A DNA stretch of 64,000 nt from Octopus sinensis (taxonomy: Eukaryota), in contig NC_043000.1 in the NCBI RefSeq assembly GCF_006345805.1, forward strand, positions 133,858,001 through 133,922,000, in the 5' to 3' direction. Shown in pieces: positions 13,301 to 28,300 of this stretch. Numbering within the stretch: the stretch's first letter is position 1; every line of letters starts with the position of its first letter. Both the position numbers and the translations under genes were made by a program. A model generated the notes under the pieces. The model saw nothing but the letters and a program-made list of their open reading frames with translations. It had not been told where the DNA came from and did no database searches.

Positions 13301-16300
13301 AGACTTTTATTAAAAGCACTTTCCCAAGATACTGTATAGTACAACTGAACTCTGAACTACATAGCACATCTGGTTGCAAAGCAAACTTAACTGCAATCAT
13401 GTCTGTGCCTATATATATATATCACACAGACACATGTAGAGTGGTAAGGTATTATGCTTTCACACATACACATGGAATATAATTAAATATCAAATATATG
13501 GATTTCTTACTCGACTGTTCATGATTATTATTCATCAACATGACAATCATCCATATTGACTGTAAAGCGGACAAACAGGATTTATTAGCTTTAACTTTTT
13601 TTCCAAATACATAAGTGAAACAAAGAGAAAGAAAGTCCAACAAGTATAGACCAAACCAGATAAATAGTCTTCCTCTTGCTCTTATGGTCACTGAATTAAA
13701 GAGTCAGGTTTCAGAACTATGACATAAAGCAGGGAAATTCAACACGACAGTTGGCTAGACCTAGCACTAAACTAGACACTAGACCTAGCACTAAACTAAC
13801 ATTACTCATGTCTTTTCATTGTTGGATCCCTCAATGTCATGTTTTTTTTTTCTTTTTATTTTACTTGCTGGGTCTGGAGGAAGGACCAGTACTTATGGCT
13901 TTTGTAGACTTTCTTAAACTTGCCAGACTAATACCATGAATGTTCCTCTTCCATCACAAGGTCTCGTCCCTGTTACAATGTGGTGGCATATGTGCTTCAA
14001 TGACCACAAAGGCTATGCCAGTGGAGAGCAAGTTCTTTGCAAGGCCATCCATGCTGGATAGGTCTAAGGATAGAGACCAGGCTAGTACAGAATATCTCTT
14101 CTCAGAGGTAAAAATGGATTTTCATAGGGTCAACACCCCTACCTTGAAAAAAAAACAAAACAAAAGAAAAAAGTCTTTACAGTTGCATCAATGACAATTC
14201 AAAACCAACAAGACCGTAGAGAGGAAGGCCTTCCTTGAGGGAAGAATACAACGTTGGATGGGGCAGAGCTGAAAAAGTAGGGATCCAACAGGAGAGGAGC
14301 AGAAGAGACAGTCCAGAGTTGGGAGAAAAGTTGTCAATGGCTTGGGGTCCATAGGGAGTAAAAGGCTTAACCCTTTAGCATTTAGATTACTTTGTCAAAT
14401 GTAATTCCTATTTATTAACATTGTTTTGAATTAATCATGCATTATCTTACAGCCTTGAGACTTTACTTGTATGATAGCTTATTTCTAGATTGACATTGTA
14501 GGGTAGGTGTGAGTGGCTGAATCTGGCCAGTTTGAACATATAGCAGGAAGAATATTTAGGCAGCATAAGGCCAGATTAAATGCTAAATGGCCAAGTAGTA
14601 ATGTTCCTCTTAAACGTTTGCAAGTCAATACCAAAAAAAGAAAAACAAGACAGTGATTAATATAGAGATTAAGATGGGGACACAGCAAGGGTGATTAGAA
14701 AGGAAGAGATGAGAATGAGCCCAACTAGCTCTGAGGAAGAAAGTTTATTATAGTAGTGGTAGAAAAGGCAAAGAGGTAAAAAAAATTATTAAAAATTTTT
14801 GATAGCCATGATATTTGAAAACAAATCCATGATCTTTAATTAAAAATTGTTAATTATATATATAATCTTTAAATAAAAGGCACAGGTGTGGCTGTGTGGT
14901 AAAAAGCATGCTTCTCAACCACATGGTTTGGGGCTCAGTTCCACTGTGTGACACCTTGGGCAAGTGTGTTCAACAATAGTCGCAGGCTCACCAAAGTTTT
15001 GTGAGTGGATTTGGCTGATGGAAACAAAATGAAGCCCATTGAGTGTGTGTTTGTGATCATCATCATCGTCATTTATCGTCCACTTTCCATGCTGGCATGG
15101 ATTGGACAGTTTGACTGAGAGCTGGCAAACCAGAAGGATGCACCAGGCTCCAGTCCAAAATGGCAAAGTTTCTACAGCTGGATGCCCTTCCTAACGCCAA
15201 CCATTTCAAGAGTGTAGTGGGTGCATTTTACATGCCACCGGCATGAGGGCCAGTCAGGTGGTACTGGCATCGACCATGCTTGAATGGTGCTTTTATGTGC
15301 CACCAGCACGGGAGCCAGTTAGGTGGCACTGGCAATGACCGGCATGAGACCAGTCAGCCAGCACTAGCATCACCCAAGCTAAAATGGTGCTTTTTACGGT
15401 GGCGCAGGCAATGACCATACTATATAAAAAGAAGTACTGGGGTCGAAACATTCGACTAAAAATTCTTCGAGGTGGTGCCCCAGCATGGCCACAGTCTAAT
15501 GACTGAAACAAGTAAAAGGTAAAAAGCAGTTTTTTTTAAATTTTTGTTTGAGAGTGTTTTTGCTGCCTTCAGCTTTTCAACAAGGCTGATAACAATAAAA
15601 GTGCTCAGACAAAAACTCACTTCCATCAAAGTCTGTGTTAATCTGTTTCTTTTTAAAGATTATGTGAGCAAGCATGTACGAATGAGAAGTAATAAGAGAC
15701 AGCAAAAGCTATACAAAAGTGTATGTAGTGATATAATGAAATGTCATGAAACCAGTGACAACTATTAGTCACTATCAAACAAAACTAAAATCCAGTGTTG
15801 ACTATAACCATAGGAATAAGTATAACATATTCAAAATTTCAAACTGAACATAGGAATTTTTTCAGAGTATACAAAGAAAGTTAATTGATATAAACAACAA
15901 TTGTTGCTGAGGTGCTTTTGAGACATGAAAGATAAACATAAATACGAATGTAAACTCTAAATGGCCATTTGAACTGCTAGAAACAGCAGCAAAATCTTGC
16001 TTAAATTGCACGTTGAAAGAAAAAAGACAACACTGAATAATGTAGTTTTGGTGACACAATTGGAAAACCTTTGATGATAGACCTGCTCAATCAGAGATCA
16101 TCTGGGGATATATTCTCTTTCTTTTTTTTACTTGTTTCAGTCATTTGACTGCGGCCATGCTGGAGCACTGCCTTTAGTCGAGCAAATCGACCCTGGGACT
16201 TATTTTTTGTAAGCCCAGTACTTATTCTATCGGTCTCTTTTGCTGAACCGCTAAGTGACGGGGACGTAAACACACCAGCATCGGTTGTCAAGCAATGCTA

Positions 16301-19300
16301 GGGGGACAAACACAGACACACAAACACACACACATACACATATATACGACAGGCTTCTTTCAGTTTCCGTCTACCAAATCCACTCACAAGGCATTGGTCG
16401 GCCCGGGGCTATAGCAGAAGACACTTGCCCAAGATGCCACGCAGTGGGACTGAACCCGGAACCATGTGATTGGTTAGCAAGCTACTTACCACACAGCCAC
16501 TCCTGCGCCTATATGTATATATTCATATATGAATTCATGCAGATATTATATCTGGTGTGTGTGTGTGTGTGTAACTTTTGTTTCTAAAGTGGAGAATTAT
16601 TGTCCAGTGATAGTGAGTGCAGAACTGATGTTAATAATTGGGCATAGACAATAAGGAGCCAGCAATTTTGATGGCTGGGGCAATCTAGGTACACATGGAA
16701 GTAATGGAATTCCCCAGTACAATCTCAAAATCTTATTGAATCTAATTCTACCTCGTAATGATGTACCCCAGCTTCATAACTGGACTAATTATCTTAAAAA
16801 CTATATAACTTCCCCACCCACCTTCTAATGTATTTCCTTTATCTTTATAACAGTTATTGATGTTGCTTCTTTAACAAGATATTAGTGGGGAGGAGACAGG
16901 TAGCACCTATCTAAAGAAGAAAAACTGTATCATCATCATCATCCTTTAATGTCTGTTTTCCACCCTAGCATGGGTTGGAAGGTTTGACCAGAGCTGCACC
17001 AGGTTCTAGTCTGATTTGGTTTGGTTTCAATGGCTGGATACCCTTCCTAATGCCAATCACTTTACAGTGTGTGCTGGGTGCTTTTAACATGGCACCAGCA
17101 TGATGTGGCACCTACACAATCAGGTAGCATAATACAGATTTTATTAACATCTCAGTACCTTTCCTTGTTTCCATATCCTTAATTGCTTTACTATCTTTGG
17201 TTATTTTTTTTGTCTAGAATATGCCCAACTAATGAAGCCAGGCCTCTCTTGTCCCATTCAGGCTCAAACTTCAGCTGTATTTTAATTATGCTTCCATGCA
17301 TTTTTTTTTTTTTTTTTACTAAATTGCCAATGATCATAAGTGTGTTCTTATCATTTCAAATATATATTTTTTCAATCGTATCCTCATCATTCTGACACTA
17401 TTTTGTAATTCAAAACCTATCATACAGTGCACAGAACAAAATTTCTACTCTACTTACTTCCCTCCTACACACCTGATATCATGTGTTCCATCCAGCTATT
17501 AGAGACTGTTCATTCTTTGCTATTTCTTTTCTTCTATGTAGTCTTATTAATCTATCGTCCAGGTTAACATCACTGCTAACATCTTGAGTGCCTTCAGCAG
17601 AATTCATTATGTTCAAGCATTCATGCCAAGCTTCTAATTTGAGGAAACCTTCCTCCTTCTCAACACCCTTAAAAGCTCTGTAAAAGTTCTGTAAAAGTTC
17701 ACAGATATGAAAAATATTTCTTCTTCCAAATCCAACTACCATGTTATCCACTGAATGTCTTAAGAATGTTCAGCTGCCCCATACACTGTAAGAGTTCCTT
17801 ATCTGTTCAGCTCTTTAATGAAGATGGTTATCCAGAGGTGCATATTTCTTCTGTCATATTCTAAATTGTTTCCAGCTTGACACAAAAATGAGATAAATTC
17901 AAATGGGTATGGCTGTGTTGTTAGGGAGCTTGCTTCTGAGCTACATGGTTTCGGGTTCAGTCCCACTGCGTGGCACTTTGGGTAGGTGTCTTCCGCTATA
18001 GCCCTGAGCCGACCAGAGCTTTGTGATTGAATTCGGTAGGTGGAAGTTACTGCCGTGTGTGTATGTGTGCGTATAGCTGTTCAGTGCCTCTCCGAAAGAG
18101 AGAGAGAGAGGATAAACATAGGTGCAAGAATGGCTGTGTGGTTAAGAAGCTTACTTTCCAATGGTTCAGTCCCACTGCATGGTACGTCAGGTACATGTCT
18201 TCTGTTACAAACCCAGGTCGATCAATGCCTTGCAAGTAGGTTTTAGTAGACCAAAAACTGAAAGAAGCCTGTCATGTGTATGTGTGTAGGTTTGTTGTTG
18301 TCTTGATATTGTGTGATATTTGTAAATGACTGTCACTGTTATACAAATAGTGCCATTCATTTCCAATCTTCAGCAAAAAAAAAAAAAAAAAAAAAAAAAC
18401 GATGTCTAGCCATAGAGTTGGCATTAGGATGGGCAACTGGCTGTAAGAAATCTGCCTCAATCAACTTTAAGTCAGAAGAGTGGGCATCAAAAAGATGTTA
18501 TACAATAGTGAGTACTTCTAATACATCAATGAAAAAAATTATGCACTTTAGAGCTGAACTTGGAAAATCAATGATTCATTTGCTAAATATACCACAAGTG
18601 TACATTCATACTTATAGACATTCATGTATTTACAAATCTTTAATTTTGATGTACACATATGCACATACACCAAGCAATTAAGCAATTGATTAGCCAAGTT
18701 CAACTTTAAACTATATAAGTTTTCCATTGATAAACTAAAAGTACATGTTTATACATAAATGTACACAGTACCATTAATTTAAATAAACTGGAATGCAAGA
18801 CACATTTGATCAGGAAATACATAATCTTTGGGCATTGACCTATTTCCTCTGACCGTACAACAATTGGCCCCAACATTTATAGCCTTGTGCCTATGTTAGA
18901 AACAATTATTCACCGGTCTAAAGTAGTATACAGTGTCTGTTATGATGGTGGTAGGATGGGGGTAGAACACAGTCACAGCTGTGCCCAATGCAAGACACAT
19001 TGCTAACCCAATGTAATATTTGAATTCAATAATAGTAAATCATCCTGACTGCATAAATGCTGACTCAAACAATTGGAAATAATAGACATAATCAATGCTT
19101 TATGGTACTTTCAATGTTCCGTTAGCATAAAACCTTAAGATTTATTACTCGAAGCCAAATTAATTTCCAGGCTTTCTCCAATATCTCCTCATTGAAGGAA
19201 CATCAAAACGACAACCCAATCCCCAACATTCAAAGAACTTTTTCCTTTCTTTACTTCACTTGAGCGTAATTATGCGAACTGACACAATATTTTCAAAAAG

Positions 19301-22300
19301 GAAGAAAAAACAATTTTGAAATTAACAATTAACAGAAGACAGTGGCAGCTCAGAAGTGATGAAGAACCACACTAAATACCACTAATTAGTTTCTTGAATT
19401 ATGATTACTATTTTAATAAGTGAAACCTAGGCTTCTCTAAAATCTAATAAGCTTGTAATTACCAAAAAAGTCAAAGCATTATGAATAACAGACAGGTATT
19501 GGTTTCTCTTCACAGCATAAATTCCTCTCGTTAACAGTTTGATTCTCTCTACATTCATTGTTTTAAATTAATTTGATATTTAATAAACTCCAGATGAATG
19601 AAAATTGAATTTGACTCTAGAAGGATTTGAACTCCGAATTTGGTATCTAGTCATAGAAACCATACCAAAACTGACTTGAATCATGATGCATCCCTGCAGC
19701 TCACCAGATTCTGTCAAATAATGCAGCCCATACCAACATGGAAAATGGATGTAAAATGATTATAATGATGAAGGTAAAGTGATATGATTAGGCGGCATAA
19801 ATATTTTGATCTGTACTATTCAATTTATTAGTCTAAAACCCTTAGTTTGTTAAATTATGTACATAGTTCACGTTCTTTGTGCTAATATCAGAAATTAATA
19901 TTTAGTCTTAGATTGGCAATATAGTCTTCATTTTGAAAAAAAAAAAAGGAAAAGTATTGTCAAAGACCTTTACATGTATATGCACACACACACTTTCAGT
20001 AATGTAACCAATAATTATATTAGCATCTCCAGAAGGGACGACAGGCAAAATAACAGTAATCAAAAAATTTTATAACCATTGTTCAAAGAACAGTCATTTA
20101 TTTAACATATATGGGTATATATTAAAAAAGAGAGGAGTTGTTTAATCAAAAGTTAGTCCTGATTGGTCAGGCTTATGATTAAAATCATTCAAGCTGTGGT
20201 CATCCTGTCATTTCTTTTTTTAAGAGTCTAAATCTAAGACTAACTACATTATTTCGTTTTACCTGTATATTTTATATACTGCCATTTTTGCAGTATATGA
20301 TGTGAGGAAAATTCAGCTGTTACATCTAACTGGTTGAGTGACCCACATACAGGTTTCTTTGTTGGCTCATATAAAGAAAAACAATAAGAGTTAAACACAT
20401 AAACTGGTGTTGATATAATGACCCCTTATATTAGCTGAGATTATAGGGGGGGAAATAAAGAATGAAACGTTATTGTACCCTATTTTAATAATGGGCTTTC
20501 AAAATATTCTATCCCGTGGCCGTTCGCCAGCCTCGTCTGGCACCTGTGTCGGTGGCACATAAAAAACACCATCCGAGCATGGCCGTTCGCCAGCCTCGTC
20601 TGGCACCTGTGTCGGTGGCACATAAAAAGCACCCACTACACTCACGGAGTGGTTGGCATTAGGAAGGGCATCCAGCTGTAGAAACACTGCCAGATCTGAC
20701 TGGCCTGGTGCAGCCTTCGGGCTTCCCAGACCCCAGTTGAACCATCCAACCCATGCTAGCATGGAGAGCGGACGTTAAACGATGATGATGAGGATGATGA
20801 GAACATCAATATAACTATTGGTAATTCATTGCAGTCGCATTTAACACTTATGGAATGTTATTGTTATTCTAAAATTTTTCAATATTCTATATTCTTTTTG
20901 GTATTTCTTTCACAGTTATAATGTAGGCTAATGATATTGTATTTTGCTGATGTTAAATTAACTTACATTATTATGCATGAAATATTTCACTCTTGAGGAT
21001 TGCATTCATTTCATTAGTATTTTGCAGACAATGCTTTGCAATTAAATAATTTTAGATGTAGTTTCCTGAAAGCAAGTATTTGATTTAAATTTACAGAAAA
21101 TGTATTTTCTTATTTTAAATGTTTTTTTTTGTTTTTTTTTTTTGTCTTTATAATAATGCTATGCACGTATATAAGAGTGTATATGAATTCATTTAAACAA
21201 ATTACTTTTTTTCACACTAACATAGTTGAACTGGTTCAACAAATCTGAATCTTTACATAAAAAAAAAAAACTGTAGCGCTCAGAGTAATATATATATATA
21301 TTTTGACCCAATAAATCAATTTGCATGAATTTTTTTTAAGTAGATGCACAGTTGACTACACTTAAGTGCACACAAGATATATCTATTTTTTAGCTCTTCT
21401 CTGAATAACCAACAAAATTAATGCTAACAAGAAAGAAATCTACAATGATACTATGACAAGCTAGCATTATTTTGGTAATCACAACTATTTAAACTAAATA
21501 AATACTTTCTCTGTGCACCTCCTCCTTCAAGAGCTTATCTGATTTTAGACACATCTTACTAGGTCATAAACTGAAGGGAAGCGACTTTGAAATAATTCTA
21601 CTGCAGGTACTTGATAGACATAAAGTCCATAGTTTTTATGTGAGAGGAATTGGAAACTAAGGTAAGAAAAAATATCATACTAAGAATTGAAACTACATAG
21701 TGAATAGAGTTTAGCTGTTAGCCAAATACAGACATATACATATTCTATGTATATGACTTCTACATAAAGTATAAGTCTATATTTCAGAAAATCCATGCAA
21801 GGATTTGAATCCACAGCAATAACCCAAAAGAAAACAAATGAAACAAACCAACAGGCGCAGGAGTGGCTGTGCGGTAAGTAGCTTGCTTACCAACCACATA
21901 GTTCTGGGTTCAGTCCCACTGCGTGGCACCTTGGGCAAGTGTCTTCTTCTATAGCCTCGGGCCGACCAAAGCCTTGTGAGTGGATTTGGTAGATGGAAAC
22001 TGAAAGAAGCCCGTCGTATATATGTATATATATGTGTGTCTGTGTTTGTCCCCCTAGCATTGCTTGACGACCAATGCTGGTGTGTTTATGTCCCTGTCAC
22101 TTAGCGGTTTGGCAAAAGAGACCAATAGAATAAGTACTGGGCTTACAAAGAATAAGTTCCGGGGTCGATTTGCTCGACTAAAAAGACGGTGCTCCAGCAT
22201 GGCTGCAGTCAAATGACTGAAACAAGTAAAAGTAAAAGAAAGAAAACAATAGAACCATTATGTGGTCAATACTCCAACTGCTAGAAATAGCAGCCAAATC

Positions 22301-25300
22301 TCTCTTAACTCACACTACTGTCTTGAAACAGAAGTACACATTGGATAAGTACATCTAACAGTAAAAAAAATATAAAAACAAATAATCATAGCTAAAATAC
22401 CTGAAGCTAAACAACAATGGAAAAAGAACATTTTATTGTTTGCAATACATGGAGTCAAACTTTACATTGTCTGTAACTGAGGTAGTGCAAATGCCAATAT
22501 TTCAACCAGCAGGAAAGCATTTTAATGACTCAGCTATCTGCAATTCTTATACAAAATTCCACAACCTTAAATACTGTTTCTACATCTTAAAAATTAAAAT
22601 TTCAGTTGCATTTTATTTGCTGAGATAATTACATTTTAACCTAAGCAGAATTAATTTCATTCAAATTCCCTCTTACAGAGTGACGTCATCATTATCATCA
22701 TTCAATGTCTGTTTTCCATGCTGGCATAGAATGGATGATTCAACAGAGGTTGGTCAATGTGCCAAGCTCTAATGTCTGCTTTGGTATATATTCTATAACT
22801 GGAAGCCCATCCTAATGCCAAACACTTTACATAGCTTACTGGATGCTTTTTACATGCCACTGGCACTACTCTTTTACTTGTTTCAGTCATTTGATTGCGG
22901 CCATGCTGGAGCACCGCCTTTAGTCGAGCAAATCGACCCCGGGACTTATTCTTTGTAAGCCCAGTACTTATTCTATCGGTCTCTTTTGCCGAACTGCTAA
23001 GTGATGGGGACGTAAACACACCAGCATCGGTTGTCAAGCAATGCTAGGGGGACAAACACAAAGATATACACGCACACTTATATATATATATATATACACA
23101 TATATACGACAGGCTTCTTTCAGTTTCCGTCAACCAAATCCACTCACAAGGCATTGGTCGGCCCGGGGCTATAGCAGAAGACAATTGCCCAAGATGTCAC
23201 GCAGTGGGACTGAACCCGGAACCATGTGGTTGGTTAGCAAGCTACTTACCACACAGCCACTCCTGCGCCTATGTATGGTGTATATAATATGATATAATGA
23301 CATAAGCTTGGTGCACAAAAGGGAATTGAGAAAGTGGCCAGGTATCAGAAGAATTGACAGAAATTTGCAGGGAAGTTGAGACTGATGGTTATATATTGCA
23401 AGGAATAATGATGCATATTTGGTGAGGAAAAAATAGGTGAGAGGTTAATAAAAAATTAGAGTAGATATGAGGGGACTTAGAATCAAAACTTATTTATTAG
23501 GCATGAGTATGGCTGTGTGGTTAAGCTCACTCTGCAACTAGCTGGTTTGGGGTTCAGTACCATTGCACAGCACACTGGTCAAGTGTCTTCTACTATAGTC
23601 CAACAGCCAACAAATTGCCTTGTGAGTGAATTTGGTAGACAGAAGCCTGTCGTGTGTGTGTGTTCCACCACCACTTGACAACCAATGTTGGTTTGTTTAA
23701 GTCCCAGTTACTAAGTAGTTTGACAAAAGGGGCTGATAGAATAAGTACCAGACATTGAAAATATAAGTACTAAACTTCAATTGTTCAACCAAACCCTTTA
23801 AGATGGTACCCCAGCATGGCCATATTCCAATGACTCAAACACATAAAAAATAAAAATACTGTACAGTAGACATAGTTGATCCATGCCAAAATTTAAAAAA
23901 ATAAAATGAAAATTTTGGGTGGTACCTAAGCCAAGATAGGTTAATGAATGGAAAGCAATTATTCAGTTTATTATTATATTCTTAATTATATATCCATACA
24001 GAATATAAAAATCAAATGGTTCAGAACTGAGCTACTAATATTATACAGCAATAGATTAGACTATCGATTCCATAAAATGAGAAGTCATGGCAATTTCACC
24101 ATAACTATTCAGTATGATAAAATAGATTAATCACTGAATGTCTTGATGTTTGTTTTGTGTGGTTCAGTATTCTAAAACAACCTGTAATCAATGTGATTAA
24201 TAATTGCTATATAGACCAATATGGAAAAAAAATGTATAAAAATCATGTAAATATGAAATTTAGACAGTCAATAACATCTTACAAATTATGAATTAGAAAC
24301 AGTCAATTTTCTTTGATGCTGTGTCAATCAATAAACACCAGGATACAATATTAAAAGGAGAATCATTTATATCAAACCCACTAACCCAGCCTGTTATTGC
24401 AGAGACAGAGCAGTAAGATGCTTTGATCTTTATTAAGTCGTTCATTGTTTCAAGCTCTGAAACTAAGCAACCAAACCAGCTGAAAGTTAATTATTTCAAT
24501 ATCTTGTCCTTCAAAGCAGTGTCACAAACTCCTAAAGTGTGGTTCTCTTAAACATAAACTGTGTCAGAAAATGTCTTCACAATACTCAAATCTCAACTTT
24601 AACCATAGATTACTAGTTTGGTTTCATTTACATTTGAACCATTTTTGTTTTCATAATATAACCTGTATTCATTTACCAAACCATCTGCAAGAATGTTTCA
24701 AGGGGTTTTCTTTAGGTTTTTTTTTTTTTTTGTAATGGTACTTATAGAAAAGGAAGATCCTAGACATCATGGGATGAAGTACAGAAAGCCAATCTCAAGA
24801 CACTGAGCCTTATAAAGGAGTTGACAAAGGATCAAGATATCTGCCACCTTGCAGTATTCAAGAAGACCTGTCCACCACAGCAGAATTGATGCTGGTGTTA
24901 GTGCCACATCAAAAACACCCAGTAAACTCTGTAAAGTGGTTGGCGTTAGAAAATGCATCCAGTCATAGAAACCCTACAAGAACAGACAATGGGGCCTGGT
25001 GGGACCCTAGCCTTACCAGCTCCTGTCAAACCATTTGACCCATATCAGCATAGAAAACAGACAGTAATTAAGACTATGATTTTAGAATAATGATTCAAAT
25101 TTAATATCTATTTGTTTTATTCTTGAATCAATCGATTGTAATTAACAAAATAATGAGCTTTTGTTGATGTACATTTGTTGAAAACGCTCTCTCCCTTTCT
25201 TTTGATAAGACAACACAAAAAACTTTAAAAATAATCAACTTTTCTGAGATTACCACCAACTTTAAATTCACTAGGGAAGAGCAGACAGATATTCCTATTG

Positions 25301-28300
25301 TTATATTCAGGTTGTTTCACAAAGAACTACATTTACTGAACATCAATTCTATTCACAATATGTAGATGATTTTGTATTTTTCAGTACTGTTAAGTAGGTT
25401 CATACCAAGGCATTTATATAGCTTATATTACTCATTGGTCACAATTTAGTGATATGAGCAGGTTTAGAACCTACAACTAGCAACATTTAGACTTCAGCTA
25501 CTTACTCTTATATAGAAATAGTATTTGGTATATTTATATAGTAATATAAATATACCAAATGTTTCAGATCCCAAAGTAACTAGTCTGCTAGTGAAATTAT
25601 TAAGGTATTGGCCAGCTAGCTCTAAGATCAATTTTCTCAAGAAAAAAGAATAACTTTGTTAGTTAGCCTATCAAACTGTTGCCTTCCAACCACATGGTGA
25701 CAAGTTCAGTCCCACAGCATAGCACCTTAGACAAGTGTCTTCTATAACCATGAGCCAACCAAATCCTTGAGAGTGGATTCAATAGATGGAAACTCAAAGA
25801 AAACTATTCTGTGTGTATACATGTGTGTGTTACTATTTTATTATCTTGAAATTGCATGAGTTATAAATGGGCGTCTCTATCATAAAGTATGCATGCACAC
25901 ATGTATATCATGACTCATACACTTTCCTGACATTTGTACATAATTCTATGTACTATACATGCACCTTTGATGAGTTGTAGTGCACCTGGGCACTATACGC
26001 AATCATTTCAATATTCATCATCATCATTTAACATTCGCTTTCCATGCTGGCATGGGTTGCACGATTTGACTGAGGACTGGCGAGCCAGATGGCTGCACCA
26101 GGCTCCAATCTGATCTGGTAGAGTTTCTACAGCTGGATGTCCTTCCTAACGCCAACCACTCCGAGAGTGTAGTGGGTGCTTTTACATGCCACCGGCACGA
26201 GGGCAAGTCAGGCAGTACTGGCAACAGTCACATTCAAATGGTGTTTTTTATGTGCCACCTGCACAGGAGCCAGTCCAGTGGCACTGGCAACGACCTCGCT
26301 CGAATGTTTTTTTACGTGCCAGTAAGGCAACACTGGTAACGATCATGCACGAATGGTGCTTTTTATGTGCCACTGGCACGGGAGCCAGTCAGCGACCCTG
26401 GCAACGATCACGCTCGGATGGTGCTCTTAGCGCTCCACTAGCACGGATGCCAGTCATGCAGTGCTGTCATTGAATTTGATTTTAATTTCACGTGCCTCAA
26501 CAGGTCTTCGCAAGCAGGGTTTAGTGTCCAATAAAGGAAAGGTACACATAAGTGGGCTGGTTATACCACTGGCATAGACCATGGACTATGGTCTCACTTG
26601 GCTTGCCGAGTCATCTCAAGCACAGCATATTTCCAAAGGTCTTGGTCACTAGTCATTGCCTTGGTGAGGCCTAATGTTCGAAGGTCATGCTTCACCATTT
26701 CATCCCAGGTCTTCCTGGGTCTACCTCTACCACAGGTTCCCTCAACCACTTAGGTGTGACACTTTTTCACACAGCTATCCTCATCCATTCTCACCACATG
26801 ACCATACCAGCACAGTCGTCTCTCTTGCACATCACATCTGATGCTTCTTAAGTCCAACTTTTCTCTCAAGGCACTTACACTCTTGAGTATTATTATTATA
26901 AAGTGGTGTCCATTTCCAATCTTCCACAAAAATATGTCTAGCTATGGGTAAATATTACTTTACTTGGAAAACAAGTAAAGGTTAGTGGCAGAAAGGGAAC
27001 CAGCCATTGAAAAAAATCTTCCTCAATAAATTCCTCTCCAACCCTTGTGAGCATGGAAAATTGGACATTGAAACAATGAAACAATGGTGATGAAAATTTT
27101 ATCAAGTTGTTGTACTGAATTTCAGTGTGTATAGAAACTTGTGGAAAAAGGAAAAAAAGAAAGAAAAAAATGTGAAGTTACTGAGCCTCAGATCAGAGTC
27201 ATTGTTTTGATCAGCTTGGTTCTTAGTTTTAATTATTTGATTATCATCTGTCTGCTGTAGTGTGCAGCAGTCCATGCAACATTAAACTAATCACACTTTG
27301 GTGCATATCTTATGGGGAATTATATGAACTATAATTAATAATAATAAGAAGAACAACGACAATATTAATAACAATAGTAATATTGATAATAAAACTTAAT
27401 TATCTGACAGTAATTAAACATGACAAGATCCTTGAACTTTTCTATTGCTCTTTCAGTTCTCATTTTGTAACTTATGTATATAAGGAAATACCAGCTATAA
27501 TATAAATAGGCTGATGAGCAGCTACTTTCGTTTTTATCATCCAGTGGTGATATATTTAATAATCCCCAGAGTTTCATATCTTCAGAAATAATCTTCAAAG
27601 ATAATCATATCCTGAGATTCAACCCACGTGGTAGATAATTTTAATAAGACAAACATTCTTACGCGGTGATACAAATTCATTGTCATGATGACATGTTAGG
27701 AAAGCTGGAAGTAAATAAAGCCATTTTATAGTTGTCTTCTAATGTCAGGAAATAAATACGTATGCAACGAGCTGTCAGCTGAAGTGCTTATCATTGATTG
27801 TAACATCACAGAATAAATTGCATTACTTGAAGTTACAGAAAATCATTTAAAATAGATATGATGAAGATGGTGATATATTATACTGACAAATGTTGTGCAT
27901 GTATGGCTTCATGTTGCTCTTAGTATCTATGCAGATGTATACATTCCTAGGAATACAGCAATTAATGAAAGGAGGAAGCTCTATGGAGTCTTTAAAATTG
28001 CTTTTTAGATGTAGCATCTTCCTAGCTTTTAAGACAGAAGGATGTGATTTGAGGGAGATTTCATTGTCATTTCTAGCAGGCTCTCTCACTGGTTTGAAAC
28101 CCACTGTGAGGATTTGAGATCTTTTCATTTTGACCGGCAGATTTTAAAAATTATTTTTTGTAACTAAACACTTTTAAACTTCCTATACTTGTAGAATGTG
28201 TCACATAAAACATCTTTTTCTCTTGGCGTTCTTGAGAAAATTCTGTAGTTTGTAAGGTATTTGTTGTTAAATTTCTTATATTTCGGCAATTCAGGGTTTG

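Noticed and set aside
16822-16910. Strong tttttcttctttag acceptor and AAG|gtgggt donor
   Set aside because: Stops in every frame from that acceptor; at most a poison or cryptic exon.
17479-17751. 90-aa ORF flanked by good donor motifs, initially taken for a host exon
   Set aside because: Mariner motifs in the right order across frames, with stops and an 11-bp duplication; better explained as a transposase relic.
24386-24479. Alternative idea that the exon resembles CENP-L (WFCC...AIIGTW)
   Set aside because: The intervening conserved LPLFL block is absent; weaker than the already tentative Zwilch idea.
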